A stretch of DNA of 64,000 bases from Neoechinorhynchus agilis (GCA_051530055.1 CM121341.1:18268784-18332783), one strand, 5' to 3'. Shown: positions 36,994 to 49,635, counted from the first letter of the stretch. Notes: generated by a model not told the origin, from the sequence alone. Program-made: numbers and translations.

Positions 36994-39120
36994 ATGCCTG
37001 AAATGGATCAACTAAAAAAGGATATTAGAAGTGTGCTCACTGCGAATCAAAAAGGGTTGACTGCCGAACAGTTTTCGACGGACTACAACAACCTTGTTGG
37101 ATACCAACTGAACCCGTCCATATACGGATTCAATGACTTGCAATCACTGCTTGAATCAATGCCGGACGTTTGCTTCAGCGATGGGTACGTCTACAGACCC
37201 GTAATTACTGAAGAAGTTGCTCACATTCGTTCTCTGGTGAACAGACAAAAGCGTGCATCTAAGAAGTCTCGTGCTTCCAATTCAGATTTGAACCGCAGAG
37301 CCCATATTTATCGGCCACGCGGAAGAGGACCGGGCGCACCGCAAGTAAATATAGCCATTCCACCAGGGTTCGACCAGCGATCCAGTAGACGACAAGCAAA
37401 TCGCGTACCGAGAAGCGCTCGACCCAGGTTTCCTCATTTCAGTTCGCGCGGTGCAACGGTTGTAAAATACGATCGATACGAAAGGATGGATGAACCAGCG
37501 AGTAGACAAGAATGGAATAATGGGAACGATCATTGCGATGTAAAAATCCATGAAGAATCACAACTTTGGTCAAAAATTGCGCCCACGGAAAATGTCAGCA
37601 GAATATCAGGTCGACTAAGCGTTCCTTTGTTTCGCTATAGTGATGATTGCGATTCCGCATTTGGGGCGAAACAGCCTGGATCGGTAAATGGTCAATCGAT
37701 GCACTACAATGACGTTGGATCGATTAATGACGGTTCGAGAATGGATGCAGGGTATTCTTCCAATCAACATAACGATCAAAGAGGTGAAGACATCGGTTCT
37801 ACGGTATGTGATGAACTCATTCGTCCGCATCCACGTTCCCTGAACGAAAGAGATCAGTTCAATCAATGGTCTACGCTTAAACCTTTCACATATTACGTTG
37901 ATCTGGATCGTCCAAAGAGTTTACAGGAAAACGTTTGGCACAATAATCATCATCCGAGTCGCCCATGCATAAATGCCAGAGAACAAGAATGTCCACCTAC
38001 ATCATCCAGCTACAATTCGACCGAGTCAAGTTTGATGACTATTGTGGATGATATGCACCCTAAATCAAAAAAGAATGATGGCCAATTGGATATCAATACG
38101 AAACCCGAAACTGAATTTAAACAAAAATGTCAGAGAATGCACTCCTTATCTAATTCTTCAGAATGTTCCCAAAAGAATAATGCGCAAGTGCAATCAACTT
38201 GTTCAAATATGAATTGGGATGAAAGCAAAGTGGCCAATGTTATAAGACTTCTTCTTCAGAACATTCAATTGATACTTTCGTCCACGCAGGAACAACTTAC
38301 CGAGCAACAAATCTGTGACGCTTATTTCGACAAATTTCATCACCGAATCAAATTCCAGTCGCTCGGGTGCAAAAACCTCATTGAAATGGTTAAAAGCAAA
38401 GGGGAAGAGTTTCAGTTATTCGTGGGAAATTTCGCACCGGGACGTGAAATGGTTTTCTACGATCCGAACGTATGCCCTGCTGTACTATTACCATCATCAC
38501 CACTACACCGGACCGAACCTCTATTGAGATATCAATCCAATGAGCGTCCCGACAAGCCTTTTGATGGCAAACTATCTTGTTATTACTCCCTTAGCCACTT
38601 TTATGTTCAGAATATAGCCAATTACACAAATGCAATGGTAGTCCTGAACAAAATGGCGCTTGAGTACGAAAACTTAGTTTCACAGACATCGAAGAATCCG
38701 CTAATAATCAATGGATTTAAAGTAGGAGATCCATGTGTTGCTAAATTGTCAAGTCGATATTATCGCGGATTAGTTAAGAGAGTGAATCCGGACTATGACG
38801 TATTTCTCGTAGATACCGGTGAACTAGTTCCAAAAGTTAAAAATCTATGGCCTCTGAAAGAAGAGTATCTAAAAATGCCAATGCAAGCAATTCTTTGTTG
38901 TTACCGTTTACCAGATCATTTAGCTTCGATATCCAAACTTAAACGGGTTGCGAATTTCATTCGAAGTGAAATGCATGTTGGGCATTGTTTATGCGTTCCA
39001 TTTGGTATTGAGAACGGAAAACTCATTGTCGACGTCGCGATCAAGATCAATATAACTAACATGCTGGAATGCCTTATTGCAAGCTTGGGAGGACCCGCGA
39101 GTGTATCTAATGAACAATAA
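36994..39120 (+). CDS. LOTUS (OST-HTH) x2 plus Tudor domain protein, TDRD5/7 (tejas/tapas)-like
   Basis: N-terminal LKKDIRSVL..DY..YGFNDLQSLLESMPDV, a second LOTUS near aa 410-470, and Tudor KVGDPCVAK..YYRG..VFLVDTG. Confidence 0.88.
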   Translation: MPEMDQLKKDIRSVLTANQKGLTAEQFSTDYNNLVGYQLNPSIYGFNDLQSLLESMPDVCFSDGYVYRPVITEEVAHIRSLVNRQKRASKKSRASNSDLNRRAHIYRPRGRGPGAPQVNIAIPPGFDQRSSRRQANRVPRSARPRFPHFSSRGATVVKYDRYERMDEPASRQEWNNGNDHCDVKIHEESQLWSKIAPTENVSRISGRLSVPLFRYSDDCDSAFGAKQPGSVNGQSMHYNDVGSINDGSRMDAGYSSNQHNDQRGEDIGSTVCDELIRPHPRSLNERDQFNQWSTLKPFTYYVDLDRPKSLQENVWHNNHHPSRPCINAREQECPPTSSSYNSTESSLMTIVDDMHPKSKKNDGQLDINTKPETEFKQKCQRMHSLSNSSECSQKNNAQVQSTCSNMNWDESKVANVIRLLLQNIQLILSSTQEQLTEQQICDAYFDKFHHRIKFQSLGCKNLIEMVKSKGEEFQLFVGNFAPGREMVFYDPNVCPAVLLPSSPLHRTEPLLRYQSNERPDKPFDGKLSCYYSLSHFYVQNIANYTNAMVVLNKMALEYENLVSQTSKNPLIINGFKVGDPCVAKLSSRYYRGLVKRVNPDYDVFLVDTGELVPKVKNLWPLKEEYLKMPMQAILCCYRLPDHLASISKLKRVANFIRSEMHVGHCLCVPFGIENGKLIVDVAIKINITNMLECLIASLGGPASVSNEQ

Positions 39121-39869
39121 ACGTCATCGAATGTCGAAGTGTCGTTTAATCATTAGTCTTTGGAAAACCCAGGCATTATTGAATTTAGTACCAAGCGGTA
39201 CCATTTTTTGAAACGAGTTGAAACTTTAATAGCACGTTCCTATCTGATTTTTTTATCATTAAAGCTTCTTTTTTGTTTATAATGGAGGGTAAAGACGTTC
39301 CTCCGTTGCAATCGGAACGTTTACGAATTTTTAACGTGTTGAAAATTGATCATATGTTTCAAATTAGTCCGAGTTGAAAAAGTGATAAAATCTCATTGCT
39401 CAGTACTTTATTTTTATAGAAAAAACGTCAACTATAGCCAAAATAATTTTCTGTGCATATTAGTCAATCACAATTATTCGCTTTGCCCATCTTAGCATTA
39501 GATTTGCTAATTTTAAGTGATCTTTTATAAACACGTTATTGTTTGTAACCTCGCGTCATTTGATGAACTTTAGCGTTCATGTTCGCATAATTAAAGAAAC
39601 AAATGAACATAAGAGCTATTTTCTGAACAAGCAACTAAAATGCTCCAACACAAGTTTTAAACCATACATTCGATCTTCTCTAGTAAATTTTTGTGAAATT
39701 TGGAATTGCAACAATAATCTAACCAATTGAACTAACTATCTTCGTGACATACATCTTAATTGATTAGTAAGTATCTACAGTTACAAATTTACATTCTTCG
39801 TACATGTATTTATGGCTCAGAACTTTTTTGTTAACAAAACAATTATATCGTTGTGTGACCTATTATCAG

Positions 39870-40035
39870 ACGGCTGTTAATTTTTGGGCACACAGCCCAC
39901 CGACCTGGTTCAGAGCAGTAATTCAATTACTCAAAGTACTGAACCATCCGGTACGAGTTTGTACATTCCTCCGGATCCTCAGATATCTCCAGGAGGCGGG
40001 ACTCATCAGTTAGTTTCCTCCCTCCAGTGGTAGTT
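39870..40035 (-). mobile_element. Family 1 copy 3 (5'-truncated; hammerhead lacks the GAAA strand)
   Basis: Minus strand reads ggaggaaactaa-CTGATGA-gtcccgcctcctggagatatctgaggatcc. Confidence 0.85.
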
Positions 40036-40799
40036 ACCGGCTGGCCAATCTTCATAAAAAGAATTATATAGAACATATATGCATGTTCGGACAAAGGCGT
40101 AATGAAATGTACAAAATTCTGAAGGTGGTACAGGGACACGCAAACGGCATTAGATAGTGAAATTAAATACCAAATTCTGAAACATGAGAAAACATCGCTT
40201 CATGAAGACTTTATTGTGTCTTCAAGCTCAACCATTTAGCCAATTCATCTTTTGGGCTTCCTCGGAGTTGAATGTTCGCAACATTCAAAGGGAGTGTTTA
40301 GATGCTCCTGAAGGATCTTTCTTGCTCGAAATTCGAATAAAGAATCGAACTATTCAGCATTTCAACAAAAAAGTATTTACAAGCATTCACATCACCGCGA
40401 TAAATCACTAAGTTGCCGTCGTGGTGTAATAGTTTAAAGGACGGAACGTCACAAAATCACAAAAAGCAAGGCATTGAACGCATACCAGCGCCTTCCTGGC
40501 CGAAATCGGTTTGCTGTGTGTCTATAATTCAGCTGTGTACTTTATAAATCTTCGTCTTACACTTCTCGATAAAAGGGCAACCGGCTGAGTCACCCTTAAG
40601 ATGTTTAGATGCCACCAAAGTCTGTAATGTCCTGCAGAAGGTTAACATATCTATCTTGGACCTTTCCGTAATTAAAGGTCAGTTTCAATAATCAGTAGAC
40701 AAGGTTTGGACCCTGAGAAGAGCCACTCTCATTTAAAGAAAATACTAACTTTTGTAACTTTTTTATTATTTTTTATTCGGTTTTTTTCAAGTAAAGACG

Positions 40800-41555
40800 T
40801 GTCGATTTCACAAACTTAACAGATCCATCTCTTCGCCACTCGGAATCGTAGCAAGGACACTTGCAGCGTTGCCGTGCTGGATCGCGAGACCTATGTTTTG
40901 TAGGCAGAACGTTCCTGCTCTTGGGTCTCCGGTTGCTATCATCATCTTCCTTGATAGATCCGCCGTGAAGTTCTTGGCATCAGCACCGAAGGCTCCGAGC
41001 GTCTCAACGCCGAAAGGGACGAAGTGGTGTGCCCTCAAGATCTCGGCGTACTTCCCCGCTTGCGTTCCTCCGCGGCAATTGCAGCGCCTCCTTCGCATCA
41101 CGATGAATATCTTAGATTGAACAGGGCAAGGGTGTCAACACAAGTGGCGTCTCAGGGGATTTCCCTTCTCGCCACCGGAACACAGTTACCCCGTCCGGTC
41201 TTCGACCATCGAGTCTGCAGAGGTGACTCGGTTCGAGCAGATTCGGTGCGTGTATCGTATTGAGGGCTCGACTAATCACCGAGTTAATTTCGGCGTGGCG
41301 AGCATACCTGCCACCGGACTGGCGACAGACGAGACGGTTTCTACCCGAAGTATCCACAAGAGCTCCACAACGACATTAGTATGGGACACAAATCGGGAGA
41401 TCCAGTCGTAAGGACACTCCGATCCTTACTGTTTCGCCTGTGAGTAAATTTCCGAGAGAAGGAATCGGAACGACATTCAGCCAGGCACCAGATTCCTTCG
41501 AAGAGACCGCCAACAATCGAGCTCGGGTCATCTCATCACGCGCGTCGGAAAGCAT
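40800..41555 (-). mobile_element. CRE-like REL fragment
   Basis: RHAEINSVISRAL..RPDG..FVPFGVETLG..QHGNA. Confidence 0.9.
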
Positions 41556-41594
41556 TGAGTCGTAAAAAATAAATAAAATATATATAAAAAATTT

Positions 41595-42055
41595 TAAATT
41601 GCGTTAAATTAGAATGGCACAAACACTATATTGTATTTAAGCTACGATCGAGAAAAATGTAAGATGTTAAAAAAGGAACTATTTTTTCGGTGAGCGATGG
41701 TTTACTGTTCACATGTAAATTTGAAGAATCCCATTTAAGAAATCCGAAACTCACAGTGCTATAAGCTAAACAGGTCTTGTCCACAGTTTGCAGTAAATGC
41801 CAAACCGAAACTTTTAGGCCGAACGTTTGATGTGGAATTAGGCGTAGTTCTTCCAATCGAACCTCTCGATTGATTTCGACCGACCACGTCATGAGTAGTA
41901 AATAGCGAAATCAATCGATATATATCATTGAGAGCAAGATGGCACATTCCAACAAAAATACGGTTTAAATCCGTTTCCGTAACATAAATGGATCTAGTGA
42001 GACAAATTCGAATGTTTTGTACGTAAGCCAACCGTTCTTGAGAATCTTGCCATAG
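41595..42055 (-). pseudogene. INTS4: INTS4 internal fragment (right palindrome arm)
   Basis: Reverse complement of about 31240-31710. Confidence 0.9.
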
Positions 42056-42237
42056 CCCTGAGCTCAATGAAAACATTTGAATACCTATAAAGTTACAACC
42101 CGAACAATCACGCTCAAAAATCTATCAAATTCTCACGATCGTGCTCGAAAAATCTCTGAAAATATCTAAGATTCGAAAGAAGTCGAACAATGCAGAATTT
42201 CCTATGAAGATTGGCCAGCCGTTAACTTATATCGATG

Positions 42238-42410
42238 TGCGGCCGGTGGTCAAGGGGACTAATGCTCGCGATCCTGATTAAGAACCCAGTGGATCGGATC
42301 CGTTACCACCAAAGACGCACAACCAAAGCGGGCGAAATACCGCTGAAGGGAGGAAACTTACGGATGAGTCCCGCCTCCCGGAGGTATCTGAGGATAACCA
42401 GGTCGGTGAG
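42238..42410 (+). mobile_element. Family 1 copy 4 with a complete tRNA-like head
   Basis: A-box tggtcaagggg at 42247, B-box-like ggatcggatcc at 42291, then gggc-gaaa-tacc...ctta-cggatga-gtccc...ggtatctgagg. Confidence 0.8.
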
Positions 42411-42767
42411 CTGCGCGCCCGCGTGCTGAACTCTTTTCTCCTGAATTTTATGCGCGTTGGTATATTTTCTACAGTTGAAAATGATCTTTACTTTTGTGCA
42501 AAAAGTCTTTCATCCATTATTGGAATTCTTTTTGTTCAATTTAAGTGTTTGTGCAAAAACCGCGAATAAAATCCCACTCAATCAGAAATGTATATATACT
42601 CGTAAACTTAAATAATTATGAGTTTTCGAGCGCGCGCGAGTAGAATGTTCGCTGGTAAAAACTACGCAAAAATCCCGTTTTAAGTTGCTGCAAAATTTCA
42701 AATTTTATAACAAAACCGTGTTTTCATTCAAGAAAATTTTAAATTTACATTAAGTTTACAAGTTGCG

Positions 42768-45700
42768 TCATTTTTCCCAGTCCGGAAATTTTTCGCTGAG
42801 CCTCAATCTTTTCGTTGCAATTATCGTATTGGCATTTTGTTCATCATTGCTTCTCTTACGATCAATATTATTTTGAAATTCATATTTATAATTATTTGTG
42901 TTACCACAATCGATGCTAATGTGCGTCGTGGCGTTCGAAATTTTATATTTCGCGAGGTCTGAAACGTGTTCGCTGTCACGGCGATCGCCAATTGCATCGA
43001 CAACAGCATCTTCTTGATTTGTTTGGTTCGAAGAATCTATAGCGATGGCTAAAATGTTTGCTTTTTCGTCGCTTTTATCTTTTTCTGCTTTAATATGTTG
43101 TTCGATCGGATATTGCAAAATCGGATAAAACGAAAGCCAAACTGCATTGAAGGAGTAATCGCTGTCGATAAAGATGGCTCCAGCGCAGGATTCTATCATG
43201 TCTGCCAAGTATTTGGGCTCCTTAAAGTTGCATTGAGAGAGTTTCGCATATGGATACTTTGCTGGATCTAAGGTGTCGGCAATGGATATCAAAAAAGCAA
43301 AAAATTCGTCAATTGAATGCATCATTTTGTTAGATCCGTACGACAAGTATCGATGAATTCCATTAAGTGCGCATATCGTCGCTAATAAGCGGTTAGAAAC
43401 GAGAACTCCTTTCAGCCTTGAGAGCTTCCCAGGATCAAAATCTGGACACTCCGCGTAGATGTGCCATGAAACTAGAAAATCGAGAATACCGTCACCAAGG
43501 AATTCTAATCGTTCATAGCACACAGTCTGATTGTTTGCTACGTCACTGGCGTGAGATGTCGCTTCCATGAGCAGTTTCTTGTTTCTGAACTCATATTGTA
43601 AGATTTTTTCGAGCTGATAAAGAGATCTAGATCGCCACAGGTTTTCTAACGAATCTGTAAGCTGACTGGAACCGGGCAGTGAAGAATTTGCTTGTATCTG
43701 ATTGGGTTTACAAACGAAGTGTTTGTCGGGCGTTAGTGATCGACCATAGAGCCCGGAAAGTAATCGTATGCACAGATTGAACGATCCTGTTGATACGAAG
43801 AACACGCCAAGGATTGCTTCAATTACGTCAGACAATCTTTTATAATTCATCGTTGACGGTTCGTTTTCGTAGACGTCGGAAAACTGCAGGAGATCTTCAA
43901 GATGGTCTCGTCGAAGAACAGTGAACTTTTCCACTGCCAAAAAATTTCTGATCTTGAGCTTCTCCGCTACTTGAAATAAGAAATCATTTGAAATTAAGAG
44001 TTGTCTATTGCTGGACAATATACTCTCGTTAGATTTTTCTTCGTCGGACGTGTTGAAGAAATAAAGAGTTGTGACGGTCTTCAAGATAACGTCTCCCAAA
44101 AACTCCACGCGTTCCAAATCTCCATCGTGGGAACACGAATGTAACGTTGTTGCAATGTTTAATCCAGTTGTCAAATCTTCTGGCAGTCTGATAATATTTT
44201 CCTTTTTGTTATAGAAGTCACCGAATAATTTCTCTATAGATGGTTCATTGAACGGATTCACTTTAATATTCACGAAACTTCTGTGGTCGTTTATTAATGG
44301 CTGCTCCCATGATTTCGTGAGCGATCCACAATTGGGCTTTGCTGGCCATGCAGTCACTTGAGATATTTGGATCTTAATTTTGTCCGTCACTCCAGCACCA
44401 ACCGCGAGAAGTTCTATAATTTTCTGGGACAATGAAATCGAACGTTTATATCGAACGAGCTCCCAAAGACACTTCAACACCAGTCCGGATTCATAGACGT
44501 GTTCCATTTTGGTAGGAAGTACTTGAACACATTCCTGAACAAGAAGTACACTCTTGGTTGTTGAATTACTATAATCTCGGATTTTTAGTGGCCATAATTT
44601 CTTCATTTGCATATACTGCAATGTTCTATGAACGCTTGAACAGTGAACGAGTTGGTCACTTGGATAATTGATGGTAATGTTGTAAGCTTGTTTCATATAA
44701 TCAGCATACGTCTCCTTGTTTCCATCGTCTTTGATTTTAATCGCCGAATTTGCCGAACGATCTGACAAATCCTTCACAACCAGCAATGAGGAGCGAAGAT
44801 GGATGTTTCCGTAGAGGCGGTAAACTAGCGATGACTTGGTCGGTTTATTTCCTTTGTCAAGCACAACTTCCCATGATTCGCCGTCGTCTTTTTTTACAAA
44901 CTTAAATTTGGATAAAATTTCGTTGTCAATTTCGTCGGAATGGTTTTTGAACGGAACAACAAGGCATGCAAAGTCCTTGAGTTGAGCAGAAAGCCATTTT
45001 TTTTCAGCGTTTTTTTCTTTGCTGAGGATTTCAATGATATGACCTGTGAAAGCCCTTATGGTCTTTATGGTTTCAATTTGTAATTCACTATCGTTCAATT
45101 GTTTTGAAAGATCAACTCTTAAAGATGTAATGATTTGAGCGGTTCGATGAAATATCGGAAATTGCTTTTCCGCTAAATTATCCCATGAGAGAAATCCGAT
45201 TCCTAGAATTCTGTTTTCCACCCACACACGATAGAGCCAGTGTGGTTTTTGAATTCCATTCGAATCAGGCATTAACGATTTCCACATAGGAATAGGCCTG
45301 AACTCATATTCGATCTTTTGCCTTTCACGGACTTGGCGTCTCGCTTCTTTTTCCGCTCGCTTTATCTCAAAGGAGACAGGAATGAGATTATCTTTTAGTT
45401 CTCCGGATTCATATAACATTTGGCAGAGTTGAGCGGAGGCCAAGAATTTTGCCACTCTCTTCGACTCACATTCCGGTCCTGCGGTTATCCATGCTTTCGC
45501 TGGACTGTTGTGTGGCAGCGAAATTATGCAAGAATACTTTGTTCTATCATCTTCGTGATTTTTTGTACATTTGAAGAGAAATATTGGAATCGCGAATACC
45601 CGAGACGACGTTATTGAGATTGCATACTTATAGATAACACGAACAAGATCGATTAGACGAGCATCTACCTTTCCGATCCTTGTTACCCCTGCCTCTTTTA

Positions 45701-47586
45701 TGCTGTTTTCGGATCCATTATCAGATTCCTTATTGCATAGCCTTGAATTTGGTTCGAAGACGTCCGTCATGTCAAACCACCAATCAGATTTGGCAAAACA
45801 CCCTCGTCTGGATTCGTATCGACTTCAATCGTCGGCTCAGTCTTACTTTTATTTGCATGACCACTTCTCATATATTGTTCAATGGCGTTGTAGTCTTTAA
45901 GTGTCTGGGAGAAGTTTACGAATTCTTGTCCATTTGAAACCATGATCGCATATACAGAATCAGCATGTCTTGCTCTACCTTTTGATTGTTGAAACGAAAC
46001 AAAACTTTTGGGAGGATACGTATGAACAATTAGATTACACGATGGAACATCAATACCTTCTTCTATGACTGGTGTAGCAACGAGAATATTGATATCATAT
46101 TGTCTAAATCGCTCGATTGTCCTCGTCTGCTCAATTGGACTTTTATGATTTCCAAAGGTTGTGTTTTCTTGTCCTGTGATGTGGTCCGCCCTTATCCAAT
46201 TGTACCTTTCATTATCCTGAGCAAGTTTATTCAGCAGCCGCGAAAGTGCGTAAGCGCCAGCTCGAGTCTCAACGAAGATTATCACATGAACGTTTCCTCC
46301 GTTGCTGTGCAACTCAGCCAGATATTTGACGAGCTCCGTGAATTTTTCAGTTGAAAGTTTTTCGGACATCAAATCTTCTTCTTCAGATACGTGATTTGTA
46401 AGTTGTTCAAACATTTCTTCAAGGCAATTCCAGAAACGTTTCTGGTGCTCAAATTGGCAGTTAATTGATGACTTTTGATTGATAAGAAATCCGGCGAGGA
46501 AGAGAGCGCATTGAACTCCGAATTCGGACAAACCAGAGGAAATGGATTTCAAGGATTTTTCAAGGAATTTACAATTCGAAAAGCGTCCTTCGTCCCGTGC
46601 TACGCTTCTCATTTGGCACAAGTTTTGCACAGCTGCCAGTAATTCTGGGTCTGAGTTTAAAACGGTTCCAGACTGAAGGTCGGTTGTTGCTTTCTTGACC
46701 AATTTTATTTCTTCATCTTCGTGTTCTTGTTCAAGTTCTTTCCTTGCTTTAGCGATTAACTCGACCACAATGTTCACTTTCTGTACAATCTGATCACTTA
46801 TTTCATTCTGCTTGTTTGTGTAAATCAATGTCTTGACTTTACAACATTTATTTGATGCTCCCTGGATACCAAATTTAACCAGAGAATCCATTCGATCCGA
46901 CAGCTTCTGAATGCTGTTTTGGAATTGAATAAGAGAAGACTTCTTTTTTGTAATGCTCGCTGTCAATCCAAGAATTTTCGGCAAGTCCAACCTCGCTTTT
47001 AGTGCTCTCAGCCTTTTCTCTGTGTGGTAAATTGACATGATTTTGTTATAAGGATGGTTACCTGTTGCGTGGTGACATTCATCGAAGATTAGCAAGTTTA
47101 TTTGGTCAATACGGATGAGTTTGTGAGTTAATAGCACGTCCAGGATGGCGGGTGTCATAACCAATACTTCGTATCTCTCAAATTCTCCGTACCACTTTTC
47201 TGGAGTGTAACCGTCCAATCCCATATTTCCGTGAAACAGACCAACTCTAGCCGGTAAATGCTGACACAAATAATCATGTTGTTGGTTTGAAAGTGGTACA
47301 TTACCAACTAGGAAAAATGTTCTTTTTGCACCTTCCCTGAACTTACTACATGTTGTCTCAAACAGAAAATATTTGATTATCATGACAGCGACATAAGTCT
47401 TTCCACTTCCTGTGCCGAGGGCCGCGATAACGTTATGTTGCTTGGCAAATTCACAAAGCAGAAGCTAAATGGTTGAAGGTTGGTGATTGTGATTTTGGTG
47501 CTTATTCAACTTCTTACCTGATAATCGTATGGTTTAAGTTGAATCTTACTGCTCTCGTCATTGCGTACTGCTTCGAATGTAGTCAT
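42768..47586 (-). CDS. DCR: Dicer (DExD helicase, DUF283, PAZ, RNase IIIa and IIIb; no recognisable C-terminal dsRBD); frame break at 45767-45770
   Basis: GTGSGKT, DECHH, VIEEGIDVP, QSKGRAR, ERVEFLGD..DVIE and ERLEFLGD..DMIE. ATG at 47586; 53-nt gtaag...tttag intron at 47465-47517. Confidence 0.93.
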
Positions 47587-48774
47587 CCTTTTTGGCCTCT
47601 CAGATATTTGAAATTTAAGATATTAAGTAATTATTTGTCGGTGGGCAACGCCTAAATATTATCAAAACTATACTTGTGGTTGATTGTAAATACTTTTCTT
47701 GTACCGGTCACGAATATTACTTTGTTTTGCAATCGATTACAACAATAATTCGATATAATTACAGTTTCGTAAACAAAATTGTTTAGTATGAATAATTTAT
47801 GTACAATTTTTGAGTAACATGACTGAACACCGTTTTTCTAAAACGCCATATTTTGTGGCAATTTCGGCAACAAAAGTAAAATATCATTTCCTAGAATAAG
47901 TACAGATTCATCGTTGTTCAATAGTAGTTTGTTAAAAATTAGTTTATACCGTTAAAATCGCTTCTGTGGGAAACGGTTGGAGATTCTCGGCGAATTTATC
48001 TTAAAAAGATCGACTCTTTAAAGACTTAACCAGTCGGTTTCTTCGTCTGCTTCGCTCAATGTTGGATTCATACTCTCGAGCGATCGATCGGACATGCCGC
48101 GAATGATCAAGAAATCATTTCTCGGTGGCTATATATAATAGTAATTTTTGTGGTTTAGCTTCATAAGGCCAAATCCGACGATATTTTGCCGAAATGTTTA
48201 TTAACAATTCTAATGAGTAAATAGCCGATGAGCATATTTAATATGATATTTTGATGGTAAATCGTGATAGCCTCAAGTTTTGGTCAAATAAATCTAAAAA
48301 CAAATCCAGCCAATTTGGGCCGTTTCATTTTGGCAATGCAAATGTATATACAATAATTTTGTTAAACAAAATGGTTAATTTATCTATTGTTTATAGTGGG
48401 ACACGAAAAAGATTCTGATGAAATTTACAGCTCTAACGATTTTTTTTGGTTGAATGTATAATATATCGGAAAACTGAAAGCAGAGCATTAATATCATAAA
48501 GTTATTACACATTTCCTTTAAACGTTTGTTACCCGATGACATGTGAAATCATTTGATTCCAACCAGAATGTTAAAGATCTCAATATCGCCAGTAAGTTTC
48601 CATGTACCTACGTGAATTTTAATCCACCTACGACGCGGTAAAACAGTTTAAAACAGGCTCACTCAGTTGGGAAACTAGCAATTAGCAACGTTCGTTCGGA
48701 TCACGTGACCGAGGAAATGAAAGAATTGTCTTTTGTTGATAGGATCACGTCTTTAACGACTGAACCAACAGAGA

Positions 48775-49374
48775 GTGATAATGTTTGACGAAATTTTTTT
48801 GAGCGGTTCTAAAAAGTATGGTCGCGAAAAATCCGGCAAGGATTCATTGAACACTCCGCTGATGATGAGTAAAAGCGAAGTTCAGATTGGTTCTAGGGCT
48901 TTGTTTGACGAGGTCCTGACTATTCGCAGCATTGATCCTGACGGTAAGAAATTCCGGCATGTATCTAGATTGTTATGTGAGAATGATAAAAGCAAGATTA
49001 AAGTTTTGATCGATATCAATATAGATTTATTCTCTGTTGATGTAAACGACAGGTGTCAGTTTCTTATCGTGGACAGTCTCTTTGAAGGCCAACGCATGAA
49101 AATGAATTGGTGTCAAGTCGATGAACCATCTAGCGATTTAGTCGACCAATACTCGTATGTAATGTCCGGTCAAGTTTATCGAATTGAAAAATTCGTTGTT
49201 GAAACGGAGGAAGCAGTAGAAGAGGAATCTAGAGAAGATGAGGTCGTCGAGAATATAATGGTTTATGTGAGTTTTGGCGGCTTATTGATGCGATTAGAAG
49301 GACCTATGGAATCCTTTGCGTGGTTCAAAAATGACTCAATGATTTTCTTGCTGATGAAGAAATTCGAGGAGTGA
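48775..49374 (+). CDS. POLR2H: RNA polymerase I/II/III common subunit RPB8
   Basis: IDPDGKKF..VSRL, YVMSGQVYRIE and YVSFGGLLMRL. Confidence 0.95.
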   Translation: MIMFDEIFLSGSKKYGREKSGKDSLNTPLMMSKSEVQIGSRALFDEVLTIRSIDPDGKKFRHVSRLLCENDKSKIKVLIDINIDLFSVDVNDRCQFLIVDSLFEGQRMKMNWCQVDEPSSDLVDQYSYVMSGQVYRIEKFVVETEEAVEEESREDEVVENIMVYVSFGGLLMRLEGPMESFAWFKNDSMIFLLMKKFEE

Positions 49375-49635
49375 AGATGTCGTATAAGGCTTTCCATCCA
49401 AGTAAAAACTATCGTTTTAAGTACTTTGGATACTGACTTTAGTAGAGTAAGAACAATTAAAGTTTCCCTGGAAATTCTTTTTGCTAGGCTTCTGTAACCT
49501 TTAGGTTATTTCTAACGACATAATCTCTACTAATACCAGTCGCAAAATGGCAGCACCAAGCCGGGAAAATCAACCCTATCAAAATCCCGTCTATATCGTA
49601 TATTTTTATTTTAATAGTATTATTATGATTTGTAT

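Larger units (their letters stand above)
15488..47771. repeat. Decayed giant inverted duplication (palindrome), spacer about 36354-37634
   Basis: Mirror-ordered matches: 15488-19188 to 47771-42640; 28161-28530 to 42650-42110; 31240-31710 to 42055-41595; 33140-33565 to 39570-39145; 35820-36353 to 38610-37635. Confidence 0.9.

Noticed and set aside
40425-40500. tRNA gene (A-box-like tggtgtaatag)
   Set aside because: No B-box and no cloverleaf.
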